Translations under genes and position numbers: made by a program
Notes under the pieces: generated by a model
Seen by the model: the letters and a program-made list of their open reading frames with translations, nothing else
Told to the model about the DNA's origin: nothing
The model's database searches: none
Source of the DNA: Raja brachyura
Taxonomy: Eukaryota
Length of the DNA: 64,000 nt
Assembly: GCA_963514005.1 (NCBI GenBank)
Contig: OY740807.1
Coordinates: forward strand, 2,294,001-2,358,000
Reading direction: 5' to 3'
Shown: in pieces, positions 25,021 through 38,574 of the stretch
Layout of the letters: each line of letters starts with the position of its first letter
Numbering within the stretch: position 1 is the stretch's first letter

Positions 25021-27049
25021 ATTAAATATCTTTTATACATCATTCTTTATCTCTCAACATCACCTTTTATATTTCTCGAATCCCCTCCACCACCCGTCGA
25101 ACTAGCTTCTCATTTTCACCCGACAAACAGTTTACCATGGCCTGTTTCCTTTATCATTGTTACTTTTTTTGCATATCTTTTATTCATTGTTCTTTATCTC
25201 TCAACATCACCTTTTATATCTCTCGATTCCCTTACCCCTAATCAGACTGAAGAAGGGTCCCGACCTGAAATATCACCTACCAATGTTCTCCGGAAATGTT
25301 ACCTGACCTGCTGTGTCCAGCACTGTCTTTATTTGTAAACCAGCATCACCAATTGTTTGTTTCTGTAGTCTGCACCTTTCCCCTTTGCTCCTTGACGTGA
25401 GTTTGACGATTGTATTTATGTATAGTGTTATCTAATCTGATTGTACAGTCTGCAAATCAGAGCGTTTCACTGTAACTCGGTACATGTGACAATAATCGCA
25501 CTACATCTCTCTCCCTGCCCCTCATCTCTTTATCCAATTCATTGAGCACTCCAGTAGGTCTGGAAAAGTATTTTTCGTCGAGTGATCTATCTTGCTTGCT
25601 ATAGGATCTTTGGTCCAAAGTAGTGGATGGGAAGGAGGGGTGAGGCAGGGACTGGGATGTGATAGGTGAAAGCAGGTAGACACAAAAAGCTGGAGTAACT
25701 CAGTGGGTCAGACAGCATCTCTGGAGAAAAGGAATAGGTGACGTTTTGGGTCAAGACCCTTCTTCAGACCCGACCCTTCAGTCTGGACCCGAAATGCCAC
25801 CTATTCCATTTCTCCAGAGATGCCGTCTGAGTTCTGTCCCACACATTAGGTGAAACCCGGTGTTCGGGGAGGAACAATGAACCAACAAGAAGTTGCCCTG
25901 GTGGTTTGGTAATTGCTTGAGGGGACTGGGGGAGGGGGTGGGAAGAAAGGTTGACCATGGAGAAGTAACTCGGCTGTTGTTATTGTACTTGCCTCAACTA
26001 CCTCCTCTGGGAGCTCGTTCCATATACCCACCACCATCTGTGTTACTCCTTAGGTTCCTATTGCATCTTTCCCCTATCAGCTTACACCTATGCCCATTGG
26101 TTCTTGATTCTTCTACATTGGGTAAAAGACCATGCATTTACCCAAACTTATGCCCTCATGATCTTATACACTCAATAAGAACACCCCTCGTCTTCCTGCG
26201 CTCCAAGAAATGAAGTCCTAGCCTGCTCAACCTCTCCCTATAGTTCGGGTCCTTAATTCCTGGCACCATCCTTGTAAATCATCCCTGCACTCTTTCCAGC
26301 TATAAAATCCTTCCAAAAGCAGGCAGGCAAAAACTGAACACAATACTGTAAATCGGCGCATACACACTACTCGAAGTCATCCATTCCTTCTCTCCAGCTG
26401 TTAGTGTCTTTCAGTTTAAACCAGCATCTGCAGTTCCTTCTTACACATGCCAACTTCTACACTCAATACCATGACTGATGAAGGCCCATGTACTGAAAGC
26501 CCCTCAGATCACCCCTCAGCCTCCTGTGCTCAAAGGAATACAAAGTCCTACACTGCCCATCTTCTTGCTAAAGCTTCAAAAGTGAGAAAAAGCTGGAGAG
26601 ATGACCTCAGGTGAGTAGATTCCCTGATAGGCCAATTGTTGGATAAAAACAGGTGAGAGCCCAAGGGGAATAACTAGTTGTGAACTGTGACGCTGGGGGG
26701 GGGGGGGGGGGGGGGGAATATGAGGTGCAGTTCCTCCAATTTGTGTGTGGCATCACTCTGGTAATATTGAAGGCCCAGCAAGGTAAGTGTGGGAATAGGG
26801 AGCGGAGTTCAGTTAGCAACCCAGAGATCCCGTGGGCCTTGGCGGACTGAGCGCAAGTGTTCGGCAACGTGGTCGCCAAATCTATGCTTGGTCTCGCTGA
26901 CGTGCACTAGGCCACATCTACAGGGAGGCCATTAATATGTGATTAATGGTGGGATCCTATTGGAGGTGACGGTAATGTCATGAGGGATCTCATACAGGAC
27001 AGAGGCACAGGAGAGGCTAGAAGTTGGTATGGAGGGTGGTGTGGGAAAG

Positions 27050-27962
27050 GTTAATGTACTGAATAGGCAAAAAGCCGGAGAGAGGGGAAGGAGGGTTGGT
27101 TAAACTGCATGTATTTTAATGCAAGGGGCTTGACGGGTAAGGCAGATGAGCTTAGGGAGTGGATAGCTACGAGTGACTGGGACGTTGTAGCCATGACTGA
27201 AACCTGGAAAGGGGAGGGGCAGGACTGGCAGCTCAATGTTGTGGGGTACAGGAGCTTCAGGAGAAACAGGGTGAGGAAAAAAGAGTTGTATTGTGGTTAA
27301 GGAGGATGTCACGGCTGTGTTCAGAGGTGACATTATGGACAGTTTGTCTAGTGGGTGGAGCTGAGCAACAAGAAAAGGATGATCAGCTTGTTGGGAGTGT
27401 ACTACAGACCCCCCCCACACGTGAGAGAACAACGCTGGATCTAGTATTGGGAAATTGGGAAGGGCAAGTTAATGAAGTGTGTGTGGAGCAGCCTTTTGGG
27501 ACATGTGACCACAGTTCGATTAGGTTTAAGATAGCTATGGGTCGGGACAGAGAGGGTCCACATGTTAAAATGCCCAACTGGGGTAAGGCCAACTTTGAGG
27601 GTATGAGAGTAGGTCTTGCTCAAGTTGACTGGAGCAGGTTATTTGATGAAAAGGGACATCGGCCAAGTGGGATGTCTTCAAAAGTGTAATGATGAGAGCT
27701 CAGGATGTGTACGTCCCCGTTAAGAGTAAAATGCAAAGCAGGCAAACGTAGGGAAACTTGGCTGACAAGGGAAATGGAGATGTTAGTCAAAAACGAGAAG
27801 GATGCATGGGACTGGTATAGGCAGATGGGATCAAGTGCATCCCTTCAGAAGTTTCGGGAAGCAAGGAGCAAACTAAAAAAGGAGATCAGAAGGGCAAAAA
27901 CAGGCCAGGAGATAGCTCTGGTGGGCAGCATGAAACATAATCCCAAAAGATTTTATAAATAC
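27050..27962 (+). mobile_element. CR1 ORF2 5' part (APE), ending at an inversion breakpoint
   Basis: YFNARGL, AMTETW, CDHS; ends at NPKRFYKY. Confidence 0.85.
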
Positions 27963-28523
27963 TCGACCTTCACACGGGAGGCCTGGTCCCCAACGCAATT
28001 ACCTCGCCATCCCTCCTTCTACCCCTCTCCTCCTCCATTCTCCCTCATCCTGCAGAACTCCCCTCACTCTTCACCCTCCCTCTTCTTTCTCCTCTCCTCC
28101 TCCCCTCCCCCACTGCCACCCTCACCTCTCCCTCCCTTCTCCCTCCCTTTCATTTCCCCTCCCTCACTCACTCAATGAAAATCGCAATGTTTCCAAATGA
28201 AACCTCCCCCCTATCCCATCCCTTCAAAATGATAATCGCGATGTTTTTTTTGAAAAGGTAGTTATTTTCCCGCTATTTTTAAATAGAAATGGAAACCTCC
28301 CCCCATCCCGCCCCCCACAATGAAAATCGTGATTTTATTTTAAACAATTTTTTTTCTGCTATTTTTGATGCAAATGTAAAATTCCTTTTTTGAAAAAAGC
28401 ATTTTTTAAAGTAAGTGAGATTCGGGATCGCATTGTGCCGTCATACGCTGCTAACGGGCTGTACAAGTGGAAGTGATTTTTGTCAAAGTGGTTTTCGTAC
28501 AATTTAAAATGTGAATAACCGAG

Positions 28524-30069
28524 TTACCCCTCGGATTTGTATTAAATCTTTTCCCCTTCACCTTGATCCAATGTCCTCTGGTCCTCGATTCCCATACTCT
28601 GGGTAAAAAACTCTGTGCATCCAACTGATCTATTCCTCTCATGATTTTGTATGCCTCAATAAGATCCCTCATCCTCCTAAGCTCCGTGGAATAGAGACCC
28701 AGCCTACTTAACCTCTCCCTGTAACTCACACCCTCTAGTCCTGGCAACATCCTCGTAAATCGTTTCTGAACCCTTTCAAGCTTGACAATATCTTTCCTAT
28801 AACATGGTGCCCAGAACTGAACGCAATACTCTCAATGCAGTCTCACCAACATCTTATATAACTGCAACATGACCACCCAACTTCTATACCCAATACTCTG
28901 ACTGATGAAGGACAAAGTTCCAAAAGCCTTTTTGACCACCTTATCTACCTGCGACTCGACCTTCAACGAGCCATGCACCTGTACTCCTAGATCCCTCTGC
29001 TCTACAACACTACCCAGAGGCCGACCATTTACTGTGTAGGTCCTGCCCTTGTTCGACATCCCAAAATGCAACACCTCACACTTCTCTGTATTAAATTACA
29101 TCAACCATTCCTCCGCCCACCTGGCCAATCGATCCAGATCCTGCTGCAATCGTTCACAACCATCTTCACTATCTGCAAAACCACTAACCATCAGCAAACT
29201 TGCTAATCTTGCCCTGTACGTTCTCATCCAAATCATTGATGTAGATGACAAACAGTAATGGGCCCAGCACCGAACCCTGTGGCACACCACCAGTCACATG
29301 CCTCCATTCTGAGAACCAACCTTCCACCATCACCCTCTGCTTCCTTCTATGGAGCGCTTTTGCTTCCATTCAGCTATCTCTCCTTGGATCCCATGAAATC
29401 TAACCTTCCAGTGCAGCCTACCATGCGGCACCTTGTCGAACACCTTACTAAACTCCATGTGCACATCTCCAGCGCTGCCCTCATCAACCTTTTTGGTCAC
29501 GTCTTCAAAACAATCGATCAGATTTGTGAGACACGACCTCCCAATTACAAAATCATGCTGACTGTCCCTAATCAGCCCTTGCCCATCCAAATGCCTGTAT
29601 ATTCTATCCCACAGAATACTCTCCAGTAACTAACTAACTACAGATGTTAAGCTCACCAGCCTATAGTTTCCAACATTTTCCCTGAAGTCCTTCTTGAAAA
29701 GAGGCACAACATTTGCCACCCTCCAATCCTCTGGCACCTCTCCTGTATTGAAGGACGACTCATAAATTTCAACCAGGGCTCCCGCAATTTCCTGCAATAT
29801 CCTCGGATATATCTGATCAGGCCCCAGAGATTTGTCTACCTTCAAACACGACAGTACCTTCAGTACTTCCTCGACGGTAACCCTGACTGCTCTCATGACA
29901 CTTCCAGTGACCGCTCCAATTTCCTCCATCCTCCTGTCTTTCTCATCAATAAATACAGAGGAGAAATACTCATTGAGGACTTTACCCATCTGCTGTGGCT
30001 CCACACAGAGGTGACCGCTTTTATTCCTGAGAGGTCCTACTCTCTCTCTAGTTACCCTTTCCCCTCTAT
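28524..30069 (-). mobile_element. CR1 ORF2 3' part (RT), continuation of 27050-27962 in the opposite orientation
   Basis: Begins IEGK.RVTRERVGPLR..EPQQMGKVLNEYF, followed by RT motifs. Confidence 0.85.
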
Positions 30070-30360
30070 CTATCTGTCAGTCTGTCTGTCTGTCTGTCTA
30101 TCTTTCAAACTCTCATCTTGTATGTTTGTCTGTCTATGAGAGTGGTCCTGCAATTAAGTCAACACGATAGCGCAAATATTTTTGGCTTACCTTACCATTG
30201 TCCTGTGGTGTGGTGTATGAAAGTTTTGTTCAGATTGATGGTATATTTTACAAGTTATTCACATTATAAACTTTACAAAAAGCACTTTTACAAACATAAC
30301 TTGCCCTGCAGCAAGCATATGACCTCATGACGTCACACAGCCAACGACGTCATGATATCA

Positions 30361-32110
30361 CCATATAACCATATAACAATAACCACATAACAATTACATC
30401 ACGGAAACAGGCCTTCTCGGCCCTTCTAGTCCGTGCCGACCATTTATTTTCCCCTAGTCCCATCTACCTGCACTCTGACCATACCCCTCCATTCCCTTCC
30501 CGTCCATATACATATCCACTTTACTTTTAAATGTTAAAATCGATCCTGCCCCCACCACTTCTGCTGGAAGCTCATTCCACACAGCCACCACTCTCTGAGT
30601 AAAGACGTTCCCCTCATGTTACCCCTAAACTTCTGTCCCTTAATTCTCATGTCATGCCCTCTTGTTTGAATCTTCACTACCCTCAATGGGAAAAGCTAAT
30701 CCACATTAACTCTGTCTATTCCTTTCATCATTTTAAAGACCTCAATCAAGTCCCCCCCTTAACCTTCTGCGCTCCAAAGAATAAAGACCTAACTTGTTCA
30801 ACCTTTCTCTGTAACTTAGTTGCTGGAACCCAGGCAACATTCTAGTAAATCTCCTCTGTACTCTCTCTACTTTGTTGACATCCTTCCTATAATTAGGCGA
30901 CCAAAATTGTACACCATACTCCAGAATTGGTCTCACCAATGCCGTGTACAATTTTAACATTACTTCCCTCCTCCTATATTCAATGCTCTGATTTATAAAG
31001 GCCAGCACACCGAAAGCTTCTTTACCACCCTATCTACATGCGATTCCACCTTCAGGGAACTATGCACAGTTATTCCTAGATCCCTCTGTTCCACAGCATT
31101 CCTCAATTCCCTACCATTTACCATGTACGTCCTATTTTGATTTGTCCGGCCAAGATGTAGCACCTCACACTTATCAGCATTAAACTCTATCTGCCATCTT
31201 TCAGCCCACTCTTCCAAATGGCCCAAATCTCTCTGTAGACTCTGAAAATCTACTTCATTATCCACAGCACCACCTATCTTAGTATCATCTGCATACCTAC
31301 TTATCCAATTTTCCACCCCATCATCTAGATCATTGATGTACATGACAAACAACAGTGGACCCTACATAGATCCCTGAGGAACCCCACTGGTCACCAGCTT
31401 CCAACCTGACAAACAGCCATCCACCATTACTCTCTGACATCTCCCATTCAGCCACTGTTGAATCCATCTCGCTACTCCGCCATTAACACCCAAAGATTGA
31501 ACCTTCTTAACCAACCTTCCATGGGGAACCTTGGCAAAGGTCTTACTGGAATCCATATAGACAACATACACTGCTTTACCCTCATCAATTTCCCTTGTAA
31601 CCTCTTCAAAAAATTCAAGAAGGTTTGTCAAACATGATCTTCCAGGCACAAATCCATGTTGACTGTTCCTGATGAGACCCTGGTTATCCAGATGCTTATA
31701 TATATAATCTCTAAGTATCCTTTCCATTAATTTGCCCACCACTGACATCAAACTAACATGTCTATAATTGCTAGGTTTATTCTTTGAACCCTTTTTAAAC
31801 AATGGAACAACATGCGCAGTACGCCAATCCTCCGGCACTATTCCCGTTTCTAATGACATTTGAAATATTTCTGTCATAGCTCCTGCTATTTCTACACTAA
31901 CTTCCCTCAATGTCCTAGGGAATATCCTGTCAGGACCTGGAGACTTATCCACTTTTATATTTTTCAAAAGTATTTCCTCCTCTTTGAATCTCATAGTTCC
32001 ATAGCTCCTCTACTTTTTTCCCTTACCTCACAGAGTTCAATATCCTTCTCCTTGGTGAATACCGAAGAAAATAAATTGTTCAATATCTCCCCCAACTCTT
32101 TTGGCTCTGC
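30361..32110 (-). mobile_element. CR1, 5'-truncated, (ATATGGTT)n-tail subfamily
   Basis: ORFs 31362-31994, 30993-31352 and 30742-31008 carry RT motifs. Confidence 0.9.
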
Positions 32111-32237
32111 AAAATTATATTCGTTATATTATATTTATATAATATAATTATATATAATTACACTCATATTCACAAGCATATATATATGTTAAAACAGCAG
32201 CACAGAATTAAGCTCCCATGCAGTAATATGGGTGTTA

Positions 32238-32253
32238 GACACTAGATGGCGCC
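32238..32253 (+). promoter_or_regulatory. Candidate CTCF site
   Basis: GACACTAGATGGCGCC closely matches the CTCF core CCASYAGRKGGCRS, in a short non-CR1 island. Confidence 0.45.
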
Positions 32254-32414
32254 TACTTTTTCGACATCATATTCTAATTGGATTCATGAATTAACGTGCA
32301 ACTTTTTGCACTGACGAGTTATGACTTCCTTCTCAATTATGTTATATCTAAATCTGTGCAAACTTTCAAGTATTTCCCAGACACGGGTGACACAAATTCT
32401 AGAAACATTTTCTA

Positions 32415-34528
32415 GAATGGAAGACATTTAAAGACTGCATGGATGAACTAAAAAAAATGTTCATCCCAGTTTGGCAAAGAATAGATCAGGGAAGGTAGTG
32501 CATCCATGGATAACAAGGGAAATCAGGCATAGTATCAAAGCAAAGGATGATGCGTACAAAGTAGCCAGAAAAAGCAGCATACCAGAGGACTGGGAGAAAT
32601 TCAGAGACCAGCAGAGGAGGACAAAGGGCTTGATTAGGAAAGGAAAAATAGATTATGAAAGAAAACTGGCAGGGAACATAAAAACTGACTGCAAAGTTTT
32701 ATAGATATGTGAAGAGAAAGAGATTAATTAAAACAAATGTCGGTCCCTTGCAGTCAGAAACAGGCGAGTTGATCATGGGGAACAAGGATATGGCGGACCA
32801 ATTGAATAACTACTTTGGTTCCATCTTCACTAAGGAAGACATAAATAATCTGCTGGAAATAGCAGGGGACCGCGGGTCAAAGGAGGACTTGAGTGAAATC
32901 CATGTTAGTCGGGAAGTGGTGTTGGGTAAATTGAATGGATTAAAGGCCGATAAATCCCCAGGGCCAGATAGGCTGCATCCCAGAGTACTTAAGGAAGTAG
33001 CTCCGGAAATAGTGGATGCATTAGTGATAATCTTTCAAAACTCTTTAGATTCTGGAGTAGTTCCTGAGGATTGGCGGGTAGCAAATGTAACTCCTCTTTT
33101 TAAGAAGGGGGGGAAAGAGAAAACGGGGAATTACAGACCAGTTAGTCTAACATCGGTAGTGGGGAAACTTCTAGAGTCAGTTATTAAAGATGGGATAGCA
33201 GCACATTTGGAAAGTGGTGAAATCATTGGACAAAGTCAGCATGGATTTACGAAAGGTAAATCATGTCTGACGAATCTTGTGGAATTTTTCGAGGATGTAA
33301 CTAGTAGCATGGATAGGGGAGAACTAGTGGATGTGGTGTATCTGGACTTCCAGAAGGCTTTCAACAAGGTCCCACATAAGAGATTAGTATATAAACTTAA
33401 AGCATACGGCATTGGGAGTTCAGTAATGATGTGGATAGAGAACTGGCTGGCAAACAGGAAGCAAAGAGTAGGAGTAAACGGGTCGTTATCACAATGGCAG
33501 GCAGTGACTAGTGGGGTACCGCAAGGCTCAGTGCTGGGACCCCAGCTATTTACAATATACATTAATGATCTGGATGAGGGAATTGAAGGCAATATCTCCA
33601 AGTTTGCAGATGACACTAAGCTGGGGGGCAGTGTTAGCTGTGAGGAGGATGCTAGGAGACTGCAGGGTGACTTGGATAGGCTGGGTGAGTGGGCAAATGT
33701 TTGGCAGATGCAGTATAATGTGGATAAATGTGAGGTTATCCACTTTGGTGGCAAAAATAGGAAAACAATTATCTAAATGGAGGCCGATTGGGAAAAGGGG
33801 AGATGCAGCACAACCTGGGTGTCATGGTACACCGGTCATTGAAAGTAGGCACGCAGGTGCAGCAGGCAGTGAAGAAGGCGAATGGCATGTTAGCTTTCAT
33901 AGGAAAAGGATTTGAGTATAGGAGCTGGGAGGTTCTACTTCAGTTGTATAGGGTCTTGGTGAGACTACACCTGGAGTATTCCATACATTTCTGGTCTCCA
34001 AATCTGAGGAAGGATATTATTGCCATAGAGGGAGTGCAGAGAAGGTTCACCAGACTGATTCCTGGGATGTCAGGACTGTCTTATGAACAAAGACTGCATA
34101 GACTCAGTTTATACTCTCTAGAATTTAGGAGATTGAGAGGCGATCTTATAGAAACTTACAAAATTCTTAAGGGGTTGGACAGGCTAGATGCAGGAAGATT
34201 GTTCCCGATGTTGGGGAGGTCCAGGACAAAGGGTCACAGCTTAAGGAAAAGGGGGAAATCCTTTTGGACCGAGATGAGAAGGACTTTTTTCACACAGAGA
34301 GTGGTGGGTCTCTGGAACTCTCTGCCACAGAGGATAGTTGAGGCCAGTTCATTGGCTATATTTAAGAGGGAGTTAGTTGTGGCCCTTGTGGCTAAGGGGA
34401 TCAGAGGGTATGGACAAATGGCAGGTACGGGATACTGATTTGGATGATCAGCCATGATCATATTGAATGGCGGTGCAGGCTCAAAGGGCCGAATGGCCTA
34501 CTCCTGCACCTAATTTCTATGTTTCTAT
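32415..34528 (+). mobile_element. Relatively young CR1 (RT 32709-33776, frameshift, 33788-34438)
   Basis: Near-complete RT ([27 protein letters not shown]) and tail. Confidence 0.93.
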
Positions 34529-35070
34529 TTTCGATGCTCGGCCCACAGCTTACAACCAAATGTGACTAGCCCGGCATGCCAACTTGGTCGGAGGGGTAAG
34601 GTGACCTGAAGGGCCTGTTTCTGTGATGTGCTGCTCTATAATTTAATGACTGGTCTCAATAAAAAACGCTGTTTATCCGGTTGGAATTTCTTACCTCATG
34701 ACACAAGTCTTTGCACCCTGACAATCTCCATATTTTTATTTATACTTCTCTAACCATTCATTGAGACTTACGGCACATACAATATCGGTATGCAGCATTA
34801 AACTCGGCATCCTGACTTTCCTTATACTTTACACCCAATCTCCAGCTCCCACCTTCTCCTCAATCATCAACCCCAATGAAATGGCTTCACCCAACCCCTC
34901 AGACACCCATTTCACCTCATGATCGTTTCTGTGGGCATTCATTGAATTATTTGTGAGAGTCTGTGGTTGTAACTCACATCGCGTGTGTCTAATTAATGAA
35001 CCGATCAATAAATGCTCATGTATTAACGAAATAAAGCCCTGTCTTTAATAGGACCATTCACAGCCCAGTG

Positions 35071-36431
35071 GTAGACAAAAATGCTGGAGAAACTCAACGG
35101 GTGAGGCAGCATCTATGGAGTGAAGGAGATAGGCAAAGTTTCGGGTCGAGACCCTTCTTCAGACTGATGTGAGGGTGGGGGGCGGGAAGAAGAAAAGAAG
35201 AAATGAATAGGCGGAGACAGTGGGTTTGAGGGAGAGCTGAGAAGGGGAGGAGAAAGCAGGGACTGCCTGAAACTGGAGAAGTCAATGTTCAACCCACTGG
35301 GGTGTAAACTGCCCAAGCGAAATATGAGGTGCTGCTCCTCCAATTTATGGTGGGCCTTACTTTGGCCATGGAGGAGGCCAAGGACTGAAAGGTCAGATTC
35401 GGAATGGGAGAGCGAGTTGAAGTGCTGATCCACCGGGAGATAAGGTTGGTTAATGCGAACCGAGCGGAGGTGTTGGGCGAAGCGATCGCCAAGCCTACGC
35501 TTGGTCTCGCCAATGTAGAGCAGCTGACACCTATAGCAGCGGATGCAATAGATGTGGTTGGAGGAGGTGCAGGTGAATCTCTCCCGCACCTGGAAAGACT
35601 GCTTGGGTCCTTGAATGGAGTCGAGGGGGGAGGTAAAGCTACAAGTGTAGCATTTCCTGCAGTTGCAAGGGAAAGTGCCAGGAGAGGGGGTGGTTTGGGT
35701 GGGATGGGATGAATTGAGCAGGGTTACAGAGGGTGCGGTCTCTGTGGAAAGCAGACAGGGGAGGAGATGGGAAGATGTGGCCAGTGGTGGGATCCCGTTA
35801 GAGGTGGCGAAAAAGTCGGAGAATTATTTGTTGTTTGTGACGGCTGGTAGGGTGGAAGGCGAAGACAAGGGGGATTCTGCCCTTGTTACGAGTGAGCGGT
35901 TGGGGAATGAGAGCAGAGTTATGGGGTATAGAAGAGACCCTGGTGAGAGCCTCATCTATAGTAGAAGAGGGGAAGCCCCGTTCCCTGACGAATGAGGACA
36001 CCTCCGATGCCCTGGAGTGGAACACCTCATCCTGGGAGCAGATGCCGCGTAGACAGAGGAATTGGGAGTGGGGGATGGAGTCCTTACAGGAAGCGGGGTG
36101 GGAAGCAGCTTAGTCCAGATACCCATGGGACTCAGTGGGTTTATAGTAGATGTCGGTCAGTAAGTAGATGTACTGGCCGACACCCACTGACCCCTATGGC
36201 TATCTAGACTGCACTTCTCCAATTCCAGGTAGTCCCTGCTTTCTCCTCACCTTCTCAGCTCTCTTTCAGCCTACTGTCTTCGCCTCTTCCTTTCTTGTCC
36301 CCCCCCCCCCCGCCCTCTGGACCCGAAACGTTGCCTATTTCCTTCGCTCCATAGATGCTGCCTCACCCGCTGGGTTTCTCCAGCATTTTTGTCTACCTTC
36401 GATTTTCCAGCATCTGCAGTTTATTCAGAAA
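35071..36431 (-). mobile_element. Penelope-like element with GIY-YIG domain and inverted terminal pLTR piece
   Basis: ORF 35113-35589 IYCIRC..LYIGETKRRLGDRFAQH. Approximate 16-bp TSD cattcacagcccagtg / cattcacaacccggtg (35055-35070, 36432-36447). Confidence 0.88.
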
Positions 36432-36714
36432 CATTCACAACCCGGTGATCAGCTCTTGTGTACTTTAGTGTTCACCCATTAGGCCCTCAGTAGCGAATGC
36501 TTCCCGAGAGATAGCGTCACACTTACTGAGTTCTGAGAACTTCGTTCATTTATAGCGGCAACTGCAAACAAGCAACTGCAGATGCTGGTTTACCATGGAA
36601 AGGCATTGGTAATGGGTCGGATAGCATCCATGGAGAACATGGATAGGTGACGGGGGTACACAAAAGGCTGGAGAAACTCAGCGGGTGCAGCAGCATCTAC
36701 GGAGCGCAGGAGAT

Positions 36715-36748
36715 AGGTGACGTTTCGGGTCGAGACCCTTCTTCAGCG
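36715..36748 (-). ncRNA. Minimal type I hammerhead-ribozyme-like motif in a Penelope pLTR
   Basis: Minus strand reads CUGAAGA-a-GGGU cucg ACCC-GAAAC-GUC: conserved core, stem II and a GUC cleavage triplet. Stem I is weak. Confidence 0.55.
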
Positions 36749-37240
36749 TTTTGGTTCGGAGCTAAATCTGAAGAAGGGTCTCTACCCGAGTTTTCACCTA
36801 CCCACGTGTTCCATGGATGGTTCAGAGCGGAAGAGTCCAGCTCCGTGTTTCGTGTGTGTGTGTGTGTCCCCACCCCCAAATTTGACCAAAGAGCGGCGAG
36901 ATTGTGCATCTGGCATCCAGAGGGAGCGGGGGGGGGGGGGGGGGGGGGGGGTAGGTGGGAAATGGGGAGCAGGATAAACACGTGAGGTTGCGATGGAGGT
37001 AAGGGAGACGGGACGCAGAATAGAGGGACCGGCAGACGGTGGGAGAGGGGGGGGGAAGAGGTCGGTGCGGGACACAGTGTGCTATTGATCAAGAGGAGCA
37101 GAATGAGCCGTTTGAGCGGAACTGGTTGTAGTTGTGTATAAGGCGGCTCCTGATCGCCAGGTCTTTGCGCCAAACCCCTCAATGTACTGCGAGGAACCGC
37201 GTGAAAATAGACCAATGGAATCACACCGCAGTTTTTCCTC

Positions 37241-37246
37241 TTTATT
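37241..37246 (-). terminator. Polyadenylation signal of the IgL gene
   Basis: AATAAA on the minus strand about 270 nt after the C-exon stop. Confidence 0.7.
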
Positions 37247-37513
37247 AAGAGCTGAGATACACCAGATCCAATCACAACACGGTTACTGTCTACGTGGGAA
37301 TCTCCCCCCACTCTGCAGCCAGAGGCAGGAAAACACAGGGGACAAATCGACAAAGAAATACGCACTGATCTCTGAGATAATTACATATTCGTGTTGTTCC
37401 CAGAAGTGGACATTGCTATAGGTTACATTGCTCAAGGTGGCGGCAGACCACAGTGAAGCTCTCTCTGTGTTAAACATAGCAGAGAATTGGCAGCCGATGC
37501 CAATGGCACGAAC

Positions 37514-37842
37514 TCAGTTCGCGCAGGTGGACGACGAGACGGTGTGTCGCAGAGGCGAGCTGAGCGAGCTATGTCCGACGCTGCAGGAATAGCTGGAGCC
37601 CTTGTCCCATGCGGCGGCGGGGACCCGCAGGTAACTGCTCAGCCTGTACGTCTGTTCGGCGTCCGGGGACACGGCGCCCGACGTCACCCCGCTCTCCGTC
37701 TCCACGCCGTCCACGGCCCAGCGCAGCGCCACGAAGCCCGGCTTAAAGCCGCTCACCAGGCAGCTGAGTGTGGCCGAGCCCGTGCCAGTTTCATCCGGAG
37801 ACGGAGGGAGCAGGAGAAGTGAGGGCTTCCGAGACTCGCTAC
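37514..37842 (-). CDS. IGLC: Ig light chain constant exon (C1-set), type I/NS5/sigma-cart-like
   Basis: Acceptor cag|GT at 37843/37842. Reads SESRKPSLLLLPPSP..ATLSCLVSGFKPG..W..YRLSSYL..W..YSCSVGH..SSTCAN*, with both domain Cys, the Trp and a C-terminal interchain Cys. TGA at 37514-37516. Confidence 0.95.
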
Positions 37843-37962
37843 CTGTGTGTGGAGAGGCGGAGGAGAAGAGAAACATTATTAGTTGATGGAGACCGTCGGC
37901 AGCGCCACACACTGACCCCAACGCGAGAGAAACGAACTCGGCCACGGAAAGTGTCAGTGACT

Positions 37963-38285
37963 GGGCGGCGCGGTGGTGCAGCGCTGGAGCAACTGTCTTA
38001 CAGCGCCAGGGAGCCGGGTCGGATCCTAAATATAGGTGCATGTCTGTACGGAGTTTGTACATTTATCACCGTGACGTGTGTGCGTTGGTTTTCTACGAGA
38101 TCTTCGGTTTCCTCCCGCACCCCTAAGACGTACAGTTGTGTAGGTTCATTGACTTGGTATCAATGTAAAATTGTCCCTAGTGTTTGTAGGGTAATGTTCG
38201 TTTGCGGGGATCTTTGGTCGGTGTGGACTCGGTGGCCGAAGGGCCTGTTTTCGGGCTGTCTCTAAAACTAGAACTAAAACTAAAA
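37963..38285 (+). mobile_element. tRNA-derived V-domain SINE (HE1-like) in the J-C intron
   Basis: A/B-box-like head, V-core (gagtttgtac...ggtttcctccc), CR1-like tail with (ctaaaa)n. Confidence 0.75.
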
Positions 38286-38574
38286 GACCGTCGATGACGC
38301 GAACAATTCGTGAAAGTCGAGGAAAAGGACGCGGCTATTGAACCCAGCAGGTCTAAGCCGGCTAATGAAGATTGGCCCAGGTTAATCGCAGCTGTCGCCT
38401 TGCAGCCAACACCAGGCCGAGAGCTCTAAACCCACTTGAGCAACATCACCCCGTCCCGGCCTCGTCCCTCCACCTGGCGCCGCTCGGCTTTACGTCGCTC
38501 TGTCGAGACGACTTCATTGCGGGGTTCAATAATTCCCCAGCTCTGGAATTCGCTTGAATGTGAATTTGCGAATG

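Noticed and set aside
37449-37490. CACAGTG heptamers (37449; also ~37073 and 60483) as RSS
   Set aside because: No ACAAAAACC-like nonamer at 12 or 23 bp and no adjacent V or J segment.
37514-38062. 182-aa ORF as a single-exon gene
   Set aside because: The N-terminal part is intron and SINE read-through; the real exon starts at the acceptor at 37842.
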